A stretch of DNA of 35,503 bases from Klebsormidium nitens. Lineage: Eukaryota; Plantae; Klebsormidiophyceae. Shown piece after piece: positions 11,100-22,619 of the stretch; positions within the stretch are counted from its first letter, which is position 1, and each line of letters begins with the position of its first letter. A program made the position numbers and the translations under genes. Location of the stretch: contig DF237712.1 of assembly GCA_000708835.1 (NCBI GenBank), forward strand, positions 1-35,503, in the 5' to 3' direction. The notes beneath the pieces are model-generated. The model did no database searches, was not told where the DNA came from, and was given only the letters and a program-made list of their open reading frames with translations.

Positions 11100-11544
11100 T
11101 CACCAGGATGTGTACTGGAAGAGGAACCGGTTGACGAAGAAGATCTCGGGCAGGTCGTTGCGTGGCACGACATGCACGGCGCGGAGCACGTTCGCGGTGT
11201 CGACCAGCTTGTTCTCGCCGCCGCGCGCCATGCCCTCCCACTTTAGCTGCACGCACTTGGTGAGCTTGTCGATGGCGGGCAGCTTCTTGTAGTAGCGCAC
11301 CAGCGCCATCTCGTGGCGCCGCTGCTGCCCGGGTGCAAGCCCCTCCACGGTGCAGCTCAGGAAGAGCCGCACACTGGGCGTGGAGGTCGACCGGGCCTTG
11401 TCCCTCGGCCTCTCGTTGGAGCGCGATGTTGCTGTACCAAGGCCGTCCGTGGAAGCTCGAAACGGCCCTGGCGTACATGGGGCGGGGCCGAAGCGGTCGC
11501 TGTCGCCGACCGGTCGGCAGGGCGAGGGTGCTGTGGACAGGCAC
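11100..11544 (-). pseudogene. Plavaka/CACTA-like transposase C-terminal exon, one frameshift
   Basis: After acceptor CCTCGCAG: ...ARAVSSFHGRPWYSNIAL...HAQ / RLFL...HEMALVRYY...LTKCVQLKWE...VDTANVLRAVHVVP...FFVNRFLF*. This fits the pattern I recall for Plavaka-family C-termini; no HMM was run. Confidence 0.68.
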
Positions 11545-11789
11545 CTGCGAGGAATATTGAAAAGCTGTTGCATTAGTGTTATGCACAGCCGTTACAGGCG
11601 CGTCAAGAATCAGCTGCCACTACTGAGAAGCACATCGCAGGCTATTACATTAGATATCACCGAGTTAGAGTTCCCTGAACAACCCACGAAAGCCCTGGTC
11701 GACCCAAAGTCCAGTGCGTGGCAGTTTCAGAACTGAACGTCGAAAATCAGCGGAGGAGCAAGAAGGGTCACACTAACGAGGATACGTAC

Positions 11790-12060
11790 GATTCAAGAGA
11801 TGCATCAGGAAATGCTTGTCGAAGTTGAAACGACCCACCACGCGCTTCGAGATCCGGTCGTAGCCGTTGCCCAGAAACTTGCGCAGTTGTCCGGCAAGGT
11901 GCCTCAGCTCCAGTTGTTCGCTCAGCAGCTCGCGCGCGTTCGATGACGAATGCCCGTCAGTGGGATCCGAGCTCGGGTTGCTGATATGCTTCAGCCACGG
12001 AAGCCTCAAGTTGAGCTTGACGGCGGACAGCACGTTTCGGCGCGGGTCGCTTGTCATCGC
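11790..12060 (-). pseudogene. Probable upstream exon of the same transposase gene
   Basis: Open GC-rich frame after a pyrimidine tract and TTGGCAG acceptor (AMTSDPRRNVLSAVKLNLRLPWL...ELRHLAGQLRKFLG). Donor position uncertain; a phase-0 GTGGGT lies at 11838. Confidence 0.45.
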
Positions 12061-12196
12061 CTGCCAAGAAAGAAGCCCAAGATACTTCAATGAGTATTTC
12101 CTAGGCTGCAAAAAAGCTCTGCTTTCGCCACGGTTACTGACCGCTCGAAACCCGCATGGAAAACGAGAACATGTCGGGTTTCCGTACGCTAGAAAC

Positions 12197-12239
12197 TCAT
12201 ATACATTCCAAGTGGAAACCGGGGGGGTGGTGTTTTGTG
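12197..12239 (-). repeat. Right TIR
   Basis: Reverse complement CACAAAACACCACCCCCCCGGTTTCCACTTGGAATGTATATGA matches the left TIR. Confidence 0.88.
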
Positions 12240-12699
12240 ATGGGAGTCCATATAGTTAAATTGACTATGGATTATATAAGTAGACCCGACCTAGGCTAGA
12301 GCACATTAAACTACGGGATTGGAATAACTTTGGACTAATCTCATGTGATGATATTCATTCTAAGAGATGCTTGAAAGGAGAAAGGCGCTTATGTGTGAGG
12401 GTGGTTAGACCCTAGCTTGTGACAAGCATGTGTGAATGATTTCCTCATGAGAAACAAACCCGACTTTTTGAAAGGTGCCTGGATCAATAGGTAGATCGAC
12501 GTATTACAAGGACGTTGACTTAGACAATAAGATCAAGGAAAATATCTCAATCGGGGTTTTGCTTTGTTGTACAACAAGCTCTTGCGAGCAACATATTAGA
12601 TTTGAATACTAACAAAATGCTAAAATCCATACAACTAATCAAGTTTGTAACACATGTTGCGACATCTTATTTTTGATCGAACATTGTGGTCAACATTTT

Positions 12700-13110
12700 A
12701 GAATTACAACCGAGAAGAAGCTAAAGTCGGTGCGGACGTGTTTAGTAAAAGTGGGAAAAAGCACTAAGAAATCGCCCATGTACGGCCGAGCTGGAATGGT
12801 CGGCAGAGCGGGTCAATCGACAAGTAGAGGAAAAGTTTGGGCGATGCTCGAGGACTTGATTTTGCCCAAAACGATGTGGGCGAAAGGCCGTGATGACGGC
12901 CAACTACACGCGGAACTGGACCGCAGTGAAGGCACACGGTCCGAGGACTCCGTAAGCGGCGTTCCATGGCAAGAACCCAGACGTGGGGCACATGCGGTGT
13001 TTCAAAGTAAAGGAGGCGAAAATTGGATCTGGTAAGCGGACGGTTCATCGGGTATGAGCCGACTCCAAGGCATACCAGGCCCCTTTGAGAGACTAACGAG
13101 AGGAGCCTGA
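12700..13110 (+). pseudogene. pol: Degraded copia integrase remnant
   Basis: KKLKSVRT, AMLEDLILPKTMWA, ANYTRN, FHGKNPDVGHMRCF, FIGYE across frames. Confidence 0.8.
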
Positions 13111-14089
13111 TTCGTCACGAGGCGGAGAGGGACAACGGGCCGTTGTTAGCTAGACTCCGACCCTATAGAGGTTCAACGAAGGCGGCATAGTAGCATGCAG
13201 CTGCGCTTGCGCTCGCGCTCGCGCCTGCCAACGCGCACGTGCCCGCAACCGATCGGCCCCATTGCACGCAAATTTTTAAAGAACGACAAAAGTGGGTGGT
13301 TTTGAAAACGGTACAAGAGAGCAGAGCAGAATAAAAAAAGATTGTGGAAGGCATAGGGACACCCTAAGCGGTTGTTCAGAGGTACTCCTTGCATGTGAGC
13401 GTGCGGACGAAAAGTACAACCACGCCAACTTGACCGCAGAACCGAGCAAGGAAGCACCTCAAAAGGACGGAGAAGCACCCAAAATCGTTAAGTAATCTGA
13501 AAGCCACGGTAGGGGATGAAGAGGGACCTAAAGCAGAAGTACTTATTCGAGAAGATTCCTTCCTTAGGGTGTCAATCCAGTGAACGCCGACGTGCGTGCA
13601 AGGCCCGGGAGGTTAGGCGGTGGAGAGGACGGTCGATATGAACCGTAGATGAGAAATGGCATGGCACAGTTAGAGTGTGAGTGTGATCTAGGCTAGTCAG
13701 CCCAGTGGTCTGTGACTTTAGCTAGTGAGCCTAGTAGGCTAATGAGCCCAGTGGAAAGATCCGTGAGACAATTGGGGGGAGAAATACTATTGACATACAT
13801 CATTCTAAAAGAAGTTTGTGGGAGAGAACGAAGCCGCTTGTGAGGCGCCTCATATGTTTTTTTTAGGATGCATGGCTACCATCAATAACTGATGAGCTTG
13901 AGTGCCGGGCACCACGATAAGACCCGATGGCGAGTGAGAACCAGACAATCCTAGCCGAATTTCAACAGATTATGGGCCCACTACCACGGATTTATGCTCA
14001 AAATCCATAAAGACGAAGGCAACCGTCTGATGTAAGCGCTTATTTTGTGTAGGAAGGAATGCGGGCATTAAAAACATCTCAATCTCGCA

Positions 14090-15660
14090 AACGGAGGGAG
14101 TGAATTGGTTGATATAAAGGCCAAACTTCAGGCGTTTATGGAGTACAAGGGCCTTTTTGAGACATTGAGCAACTGGAGTCTGTGGATGGGAGGAAAGCGT
14201 TGGGCAAAGGCGCTGATGATCTTGCCTACTCAAGATGCCGTTCTGAAGCTGCTTGGGAGAGCTTCCTGCAGAAGTGGATATGAGAGAAGCTGAAGCGGAC
14301 TTTGAGAAGACGAGCAATGTAGTGATAGGTCAATTCATGGATACACTGACCACCATGATGCTTGGAGAAATTAAAGAAGAGCATTGCGAAGTATCTTGAG
14401 GAGTTTCGTTTCAACATAGACTTTGAGGCAACGGGCCACACGGTGTGTGATTTGCAGTTGGTTGTGCATGCATTGCCGGGGCTGCCAAAGGGGTATAGAT
14501 CCTACGAGTGATCCCAGAAGCCGGGGTTGATAAGTTGAGCCTAGACACGGTTCAACCTAAGCTCATGCAGCGGAAGCAAGCGCTGCAGGCAAAGAGCAAG
14601 GCCCGGAAGCCCTCGAGCTCAAGGGAGAGGGCGTCGTGCGGGTTGCGCGATGCGCAGTGTCCTAAGTGTGGTTGGAAGGGGCACATGGAAGTGGTGTGCC
14701 GGCAGCCTACGGGCGCAAGAGGAGGAGTAAAGATACAAGGGTTTGTAGGAGCACCCTTCACAGCATGGGCCGACAACGAGGATGTGCAGAAAAGGGTGTG
14801 AATAGTCGAGTCCGGCAGCACCTAGCACGTCCTGGCTGATTGAAGCCAGTTCACGAGCTATAGGAAGCTTGTGCGTGAGGTGGAGATCATGGGGATTTGT
14901 GGCGAGTCCTAAATGTAGTGGGGATTGGAGAGGTTGAGCCACGGTGTAAGACCCCGAGCGGTTCACGCACGAGAATCTTGAGGATGGTCCGAGCCGCTTC
15001 GAGGGCACTGTCGAGTTTTCTTGCTCTAACGAGAGCGACGAACGTAGGGGCGGGCTATAGGGTGCTCCATGGGAAAACCGCGCAAGTCCTGATGGACGGC
15101 TTGGTGCGAATGCAAGCAGCCAAGCGTGGAGGGCTGTAGGAGATCGGGAGTGTGGAAAGGGACAGAGCATCTTCGCGAGGGGACCGGTCAAGAAGAACCT
15201 AGTGACCACCGCGGCAAAGAGGTCGGTGAGAGCGGAAAGCGTGGTGGAAGAGAGGTTGAAGGTCGTGGAGGTCGACCTTGAGGAATCGAAAGACGCAATT
15301 GAGAGCACCAAGCAGTTGGATAAGACCGCGAAAGGTGTTGACGCGCAAGATCCGAAAAATGACGTGCACGGGCACGTATTATAACTTGAGCGCGGGGGTA
15401 TGAGTGAATTCGGCGCGAGCAATCCGATAGTGATTTCAGAGGTGGAACAATCGGAGATGGAGCGCCACGATGCTAGAAACATGTGGTGTCGCCGAGTGGT
15501 ATCGGGCACTAGTGAGAGCAACAACGGAAGCCGCGGAAGCTGAAAAGCCGGATCACGGAGCGAAATGCAGTCGTTAGCGAAGGGCAAAGCAAGAGAGCGA
15601 GAGTACCGAGGGTGAAGGCGCGTGGGTGACGCCAAAAAAGAAGAAAGCGGCACGCTTGAG
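14090..15660 (+). pseudogene. gag: Degenerate gag-protease-tail ORF of element C
   Basis: LQAFMEYKGL, LSLDTVQPKLMQ, CCHC knuckle, protease motif, VRMQAAKRGGL*EI. No IN core, RT or RH motifs before the PPT. Confidence 0.8.
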
Positions 15661-15708
15661 GAACATGAAGACGGGTTTGAGAGCTAAAGTAATTCGGATG
15701 AGTGGGAG

Positions 15709-16149
15709 TGTTAGAATTTGGTGATCATGGTCAGCCGAATAATCTACATTAGAGTTTGGACCGACTTAGAGTTTCGATTTGGTGAATGGCGGCGTGCGTG
15801 CAAGGACAATAGGCGGTTGAGAGGACTGTCATTGTAAGCCCTAGATGAGAAATTGTATAGCACATGCACAGATGGATATGAGTATGAACTAGGCAAGTGA
15901 GCCTAGTAGTGTGACTTAGGCTAGTGAGCCTAGTAGGCTAGTGAGCCTAGTGGTAGCAGAGATCCGTGGGACAATAGTCGGGAGAAATGCTATTGCCATA
16001 TATCATTCTGAGAAGAGTTGAAGAGAGTAAGAAAGCCGCTTGTAAGGCGCTTTTGTGTTCCTCTTACGGTGCATGGATGGTTTGAGCATGAGTGCTGGGC
16101 ACCACAATAGATGACCGGTGAACACAAAACAAATCCAGTTTCAATTTCA
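15709..16149 (+). repeat. 3' LTR family C (3' end approximate)
   Basis: TGTTAGAATTTGG after the PPT, GCTAGTGAGCCTAGTAG repeats, homologous to 13563-13967 and 18156-18654. Confidence 0.85.
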
Positions 16150-16189
16150 TTCGAGCATCTGTCCAGTCATCATCCTATAAAAGCAAGTT

Positions 16190-17480
16190 TCCAAAGCAAA
16201 CCAAAGGTCCATCTGCATCCGATTCGTCACTCCAGTGCGATGCACAACTGTCAAATCGTACTCCTGCAGGATGTTTGCGCTGCGAACGTGCATGTTCCTT
16301 AGTTTGATGTTAGCGTCAAACATTGCAACGGCTCGTGGTTTTTGATTTGCGTGAACTGCCCTCGATAGAGGTACACGCAGAAGTAGCTGTCTTAGACGGC
16401 AGCGAAGCGCTCTTTATGGTAGCTAGAGCAAATTCTTTCCCTCGATTGTTGCAACGTGACGCGTGTGCGACCACGTACTCTTTCCCTTCTTCATCACGCT
16501 ATGCAAGACCAGCGGTTAGCCTAGTGCTATTTCAATCAGTGCACAGATCAAAGGTTTGGCGACGTCAAAGAGTTTCAAGATGGGCGCAAAGAGTCAACTT
16601 GATATTAAAAGCTTTGCAAAGACTTTCTTCTCGTCAAACCCAGTTCTAGACAACGCCGTCTTGAACAAGAGAATCCAAGGGTGCAATCCGAGACCGTATA
16701 ACGGCTTCCACCTTCCTGCCAATCGGCCCTGTTTTGCTAACAACGATAAAGTGGTAAGGAAGGGCACTGTTGCGAACGGCCAACCCCATCTCCTTTGAAA
16801 GGCATTTTATCGCTTTGCGTCCAGCCGCTCATAACGGGCGCGAATGTATCACAAGCTCACAAGTGACCTGCGGCGGCAAAAGTCGCAATGCGCACTTATT
16901 GTAGCGCCCATCAGCCTCTGAAAGAGGGCAAAAGCGTTTTCAGCCCGAAAAGCATGACAATCCAATTGTAGAGACCGTCGTGGCCTCAAAGCGTCGTTTA
17001 TCAATATCCTCTTTTGCAATAGCCATAGTAGTGATGGTTGTAGCGTGAATATTGCATGGTAAACTACGTTGTATCCGCGTTAGCTCGTCAAAAGTCTCCT
17101 CAGGAGTCGGCAACTGGGAGTGATCAGCGAAATGTTTTCGTTTGTTCAGGTCCTCGATCATTGCCGCATCGTTCTTAATCGTCCAATTGCCGTGCTCAAC
17201 CATCTTCAGCGACATGGTTGTAGGCGCTTATGGGACAGTAATTGGTAAACAAAAAAGAACTTCAGGCGCTCTTCGACCTGGGCCTTCAAAAAACTTATAT
17301 AAGCTGAGTCAATATCGGTAATTAAAATTCGGAGTCTCATCTGGCGTCGAAATTTTGTATTTTGCACTAATGCTTCTGGACATTGCGGATATGTCCGCTT
17401 GCACGTTTGAAAATGTCCATCAAGCCCTCCGAGCTTGCTTTTGCTGTGAAGTACAATCTTCTTGGCCCCCTCAGCCTAAA
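16190..17480 (-). pseudogene. pol: Ty3/gypsy pol fragment (RT and RNase H), heavily frameshifted
   Basis: KYKISTPDETP, GNWT, LPTPEETFDEL, VMLFGLK, APILKL, DEEGKEYVVAHASR, VYLYRGQF, ILQEYDLTVVHR. Confidence 0.85.
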
Positions 17481-18155
17481 ACGAGTTTCTTCATTTCTTC
17501 CTCGAACGGGTGTAAGTGTTGAGAATAAGGGTATTTGTCTTCAACGCTGTTGAGATTATCGAGTATCCTTCTTCACTATCCCTTAATATGTATGGATACA
17601 AGCGAAAACAGCTGCTTCTTTACTATCGTCGTTGCAACACGGAGAGCTGGCTATGAGAGTTTGCCCACGATGGTCTCGAGGGCTCGGGGTTGGTCCGAGG
17701 TATGACGGAGGCGTTTTAGGAGAATGAGACTCCAGTGTGCAAGCCTTGCATATTTGAGAAGCAGATTTCGAAGCTATTACGCAAAATGTCTTACCCCAAA
17801 TGTCGTACCCCAAAGAGGACAGAGGACAGAACCCCTCGAGCTTGTGCCCATGGACGTGTGCAGGCCTATGCTGTTGACCTCAAAGAGGTAGAGTAGGTGC
17901 TTGGCCACTTTTCTGGACGTCTATAGCAAGCTCTCGGCGGAAAAGCGACAGTTCAGTGTTCGCGGAGCGCGTCTTCATCCGATTGGAGTTGCAACATGGG
18001 AAGAAAGTCAAGGCGGTGCAAACCGATCGGGGCGAAGAGTATGCCAACATCGGAGCGATGGCCCTCTTCGGGAAGAGAGAGACGATGCAACGGACCCCGG
18101 CAGGGCACTTTTTCAAAGAAAAAGGTTTGGCCGAACGGTAGAAGGGGGTGGGCTT

Positions 18156-18654
18156 TGTTGAAAGTCGTGGTAGGGACTCGTAGTGTAGTTGAGTTACTCG
18201 TCATCGGGTCTTATCGTGTTGCCCGGCACCCATGCTCATCACTCATTGACGGCTGCCATGCATCTTAAGAGGAACACACGAAGCGCCTCACAAGCGGCTT
18301 CCTTCTCCACAAACTTCTCTTAGAATGATGTATCACAATAATGTTTCTCTCCACTCTTGTCTCACGGGTCCCTTCCGTTTCACTAGGCGCACTAGCCTAC
18401 TAGGCTTACTAGCTTAAGTCACACACTACCAGGCTCACTAGCCTAGCTCATAGTCACACTCAATCTTGGCCATTATCATCCTCATCTACGGCGAGGACGG
18501 ACGGCCGCTCTCAACCGCCTAACCTCCGAACCGCCCAACGGTTTAACCGTCCAACCGCCGTGCACGCACGCCGGCGCTCACAGATCCAAATCTTACACTG
18601 GTCGAACCCTAATCACATAGTAATCCGGCTGACCATAATCACCGAATTCTAAGA
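18156..18654 (-). repeat. Solo LTR family C
   Basis: Perfect TSD GGCTT at 18151-18155 and 18655-18659; integrase is collinear on both sides. Confidence 0.93.
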
Positions 18655-20823
18655 GGCTTTGATAAAGGACGCGGATTTGGGATCGAATTTGTGGGCGGAA
18701 ACGATGCTTACGAACAACTGCACTCAAAACCGGATTCCCGTGAGGGTGCACGGCAAAAACCCCGTGGGAGCTATTTGACAGAGAGAAACGGAACCAATAG
18801 CCACTCGCGGGTGTTTGGGGCGCGCGCCTACTTCCACGTGCTCAAAATTAACCGTAAGAAGATGGAGTCGGTGAGAGACACAAGGGGGTGTTGGGCTCGG
18901 AGCCAAACTCCAAATCGTAGCGGATGCTCCGAGAGCGGGATGGTAGGTTGTCAATAAGCGCGACGTCATGTATGAGCTTGGGTGTCCGTGATCGTTGAGT
19001 TTGGCTCCAATCCGGAGAAGGAGAAGGGGGTTTAATGCTCGCGGCCCTAGTCGTGTGAGCCCCCCATCTTGGATGGATGTAGGGGCTACCCTACATTGGA
19101 GCCGACACTCAGGTCGGTGTAGGGGCTCCTCCTACGAGGCCGGAGGCTCACATCGGGAGCGAGGATTATCTTGAAGAGGATGGCGCTCAAAAAGAGAAGA
19201 TACACATCACGCAAGAGGCGGGCGCCATGGAGAAAAACAAATGTATCGGCGAGAAGGGAAGAGCAACCTAAGTGACCGTGAGAGCAACCAGAGCCGTAAA
19301 TAAGTCAAGACGCCGTCGGTGCCATGCAATCCTTCTTGAAGAACGGAACGTCGGAAATTATAAAAGATCTGAAGGGGGTGTGTCCGTTCCCTATGTAGTA
19401 GGTTTACAAAATTAAGCGGATGCGCTTAGGAACGTGAAGTAGTGCAAATACTGTTTTAAGGCGAATGTTACTTGCAGAAGCAGAAGGTTGACTTCGAAGA
19501 GGTTGATGCCCCCGTGAGCAATCATATCATCTTACGGGCGCTTTTAGCGGTGACAGGTCGCACAGGGCGACTTGAAGTTGCACCAAATTAGACGTGAATA
19601 CGGCGTTCCTTTAAGGCGAGCTCCAGGAAGGACTTGAAATGCAGCAGCCGGCCGGTACGAGCAAGGCGGGCCTAACGTGGTTTGGCACCTCAAGCGCACC
19701 TTGCACGGGTTGCGCCGACACGAGACATGACTTCGGTACCTCTAGGTATGGTCCGAACTCCCCAATACGGCCCAAATGTTACCTCGTCCGCCGGTCCGTA
19801 ATTGGTTTTCGATCAATCTCCCGAAGGTTTCAAAACGGGCGGCCGGAGGTCACGAGGGGTAGAAATATTGTGCTAGCTCCAAGACAACACCTACGAAACT
19901 TGGACGGATACCACGGTATCACCTGAGCACCTCGGTATTTCTGTGTGAAAGAAAAGTATCCTTTATACACACAAAACCTACCAAATCACCTCATGCGGAG
20001 TCCTCCTTTGCATGGCAATCTACCCCATAGTTGGACAGCCCTATTTGGATGGACCCAAAGATCTTAGAAATTCTCTTCTACGGGTTTGTAGAAGGCATTG
20101 TGCTTGCTTTCAAATATTGGTGTAAAAGCGCCAGAGCTCTAAAGTCTTGTCACTCAGGAACTTGGCTTCTTCTTCTTCTTCTAAAAAACGCCTTTGTCCT
20201 AAAGAGAAACCAACATGGAGCGAAGTCAAAAGTTGTGCCTGTAGCGCCCAACGATCTTCGACGGAGCCCTTCCGAGTCATCACCATACGGTATATTTCGA
20301 ATCTGCAAATTGATCACTTGTAGTGATGCCACATGTCGCGTTGATAATCTTTGGGAAGACCATGCGCAACCCAATATGCTCGAAATGAAAAAGTACTGGA
20401 GTAATCTTTGCAATTGTTTTTGACAGCTCGTGAAGTCGTAGCGGATTGTGAAGGTGAAAGCGCACTTGGCGGAATGGCTTGACGTTCGCGAATTGCTAGA
20501 AGCGACATACTTCTTAGGTGTGGAGCTATTGCGCAATCGGGGGATGCGCATCAGAAGAAGCCAAGGGGTGGATCACCTGGACGGCATGGGTTGGCGGGCG
20601 CACCGACTGCGCTCGGTTGTCTTCGATTTACGAGGGCGGCAATCGGCTTGACGCGACAATGTTTCCTCAAAGCGAGCTCATTTAGAAATTTGCTTTACTT
20701 GACTTGTGCACCTTGCCAAACATTGCTCAATGGGCAATAACGCTTTACACAAGCGCGCAATGTTGGGCGACGGCGCTAGGCTGATGCGCTACTTGACAAG
20801 GAAGCGCGGAAACCGTGGTAATT

Positions 20824-21360
20824 TCTTGAGAAACGGAGTTGATTGACGGCCAAATCGTTGCGTTAGGCTCGATAGATTTGAGCCGTATAATTGCGGTGTG
20901 TGTCGTGTAATATCGACCGTAGAAATCGAAGTTTGCATCGTTGAGTATCGACTGTCGGATTGCGTTTGACTCGGATTGTGGATCGTTAGATGTGAGTCAA
21001 CTCGAGTAGTATAGCACCCCGACTACGATGGTACGGTACTACCGAAAACTAGTAGTATAGTGCCCCGATTACAAATCCGAGTGGAATATAGGCCGCATTG
21101 TGAGTGATAGGGTGACCAGTTGATGGAAAGGAATCCATATACTTGAAACGACCAGTGCGTGGAAGTTGGCCCGACCTAGGCTAGAGTACACCTAGCTACG
21201 GGTGACACTAGCTACGCATAGTGACTTTGGACTATTGTCATGCGATGATATTCATTCTAAGAGATGCTTGAAGGGAGAAAGACCCTCCTTTGTGAAGGCG
21301 CTTATGTGTGAGGGTGGTTAGACCCTAGCTTGTGACAAGCATGGGTGGATGATTTCAACA
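20824..21360 (+). repeat. Solo LTR family H (copy 2)
   Basis: Ends GATTTCAACA, flanks TAATT and TATTT (4/5), sits at the RT/RH junction. Confidence 0.88.
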
Positions 21361-21859
21361 TATTTTTTGGAGAGAGCGCCAAGGTTTTAGAGACATTTCG
21401 TGATGCTGACTGTGCGTCGTCGATACAAGGCGTTTATCAACGAGTCACGTCGTCCTTATGTTGGAAGGAGCGCAGAGCTGGTCGGTCCGTCTTCAATTGA
21501 TGGTTACCTCATCGACGGTGCGGGCGAAATATATAAGCGCAAGATAAGCCGCTAAAGAGGCGTTGTGATTCAAAAACCGCAGCGTGGATCTCGGGTTAAA
21601 CCTGAAACGGTCTAGAAGTATAGCGACAACAAGGGGCAATAAAGCTCCTCCAAGCATCCAATTGCTTCACAACGATCGAAGCACATTAATATGATCCATC
21701 AATCCGCGTCGGAGAGGGCGGCAAAGAAGGACGCCAAATCAGCATATATAGGACGGAGAACGTGAAGGCTGACAAATTCACCAAGGCGTTCACACGGGGG
21801 AAATCCTTTTGGTGTGGAAGAAGAAGGAAATTGAGTAGGATACTTAGTGGGTGGAGGAC

Positions 21860-22414
21860 TGTTAAAAGTAAGGGGTCTTTTAGTTATTCTAATGGGACCG
21901 AGATTAGATTCGAGGTCGAGGGAGATCGAGGTCGAGGTTAGGTCTCAATCGGAATGAAACTAAGACTTTATTGGGTCATGATTAGTCTTTAACGCTTGCG
22001 AGATTGAGGTGTCAACACAATCGCGATTGAACTTGATGTGCTATAAGCCGGAAGCTTAACGGTGGTTGACATTGAAAGCAATGGACATTTACCATGGAGT
22101 TCAAGGTTTCGCAAACAAATATTGAAGTAGGATCAATGTAAACGGATCGATGACTAAGAACACCGCGATCAAAATCGCACAAGATTTAGACGAGATTTAG
22201 ACCGGATTAATAATCGAGTCGTGCGGATCGTCCGATAACAGTTGTTTGAGTGGTTGAAGCTAGGCCGTCAGATCGAAAAGGGGATAACCTAGACAAAGAG
22301 TGGATCATCCAGGAGACTCCATAGAAGCTAGCTACCTGGCTACGTACGCAATTTGGACTTGAATTAGACACTGTCGCGAATATAGTCCAATCGCTAGCGC
22401 GCTTGGTTTCAGCA
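21860..22414 (+). repeat. 3' LTR family F of the 17.8-21.8 kb copia
   Basis: Starts TGTTAAAAG after the purine-rich GTGGGTGGAGGAC. Putative end GCGCTTGGTTTCAGCA resembles the D/E end GCGCTTGCTTTCAACA. Confidence 0.65.
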
Positions 22415-22619
22415 CGGGACTCGTGACGTCACGGTCCGTACTTACAACAAAATGTGGGATCGGATGGTCCAAGATTCGAATTCCAGTGTTAGCGGCTGCG
22501 GGCAAAATGGTCTAGGCGGGTTAACTACAGCGGGACTTACTCTGGAAGGTGGAAAGCCGGCTGGAAGCCTAGTCCACTCCAGAGGAATGTGCCGGGAGGT
22601 TAGCATAACACTCGCGAGT

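Larger units (their letters stand above)
7633..12239 (-). mobile_element. CMC-type (CACTA/Mirage/Plavaka-like) DNA transposon, internally deleted
   Basis: 43-bp TIRs (37/43 identical) starting CCCAAAACACC and CACAAAACACC. Dinucleotide AT on both flanks. Interrupts LTR H. Carries a transposase-like C-terminal exon. Confidence 0.82.
7290..12447 (+). repeat. Solo LTR family H (copy 1), split by a DNA transposon into 7290-7632 and 12240-12447
   Basis: Both halves align collinearly with the uninterrupted copy at 20824-21360. TSD not resolved. Confidence 0.85.
13563..16149 (+). mobile_element. Second gag-protease-only copia element, family C LTRs
   Basis: 5' LTR 13563-13967 (5'-truncated), PBS GATTATGGGCCCA at 13968-13980, gag with CPKCGWKGHMEVVC, protease IVESGST, tail VVEVDLEES...EWYRA...WVTPKKKK, PPT GAGTGGGAG at 15700-15708, 3' LTR from 15709 to about 16149. 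No TSD recovered. Confidence 0.85.
17815..21840 (+). pseudogene. pol: Ty1/copia pol (IN-RT-RH), degenerate, interrupted by three inserts
   Basis: LELVPMDVC, VQTDRGEEY, RVFGARAYFHV, LDVNTAFL, HLKRTLHGL, KVKAHLAE..EATYFLG, QGAIKLLKHPIASQRSKHI. Same lineage as the element at 30443-35320. Confidence 0.9.

Noticed and set aside
13546-13550. TTCGA as TSD for element C (also at 16150)
   Set aside because: The 5' LTR is truncated by about 55 bp, so the true junction is lost, and the 3' LTR end is uncertain. Likely chance.
14619-15653. 344-aa minus-strand ORF (also 1605-2249 + and 32137-32898 +)
   Set aside because: Antisense shadows of GC-rich gag/pol sequence, low-complexity Ser/Pro/Leu content, no domain motifs.
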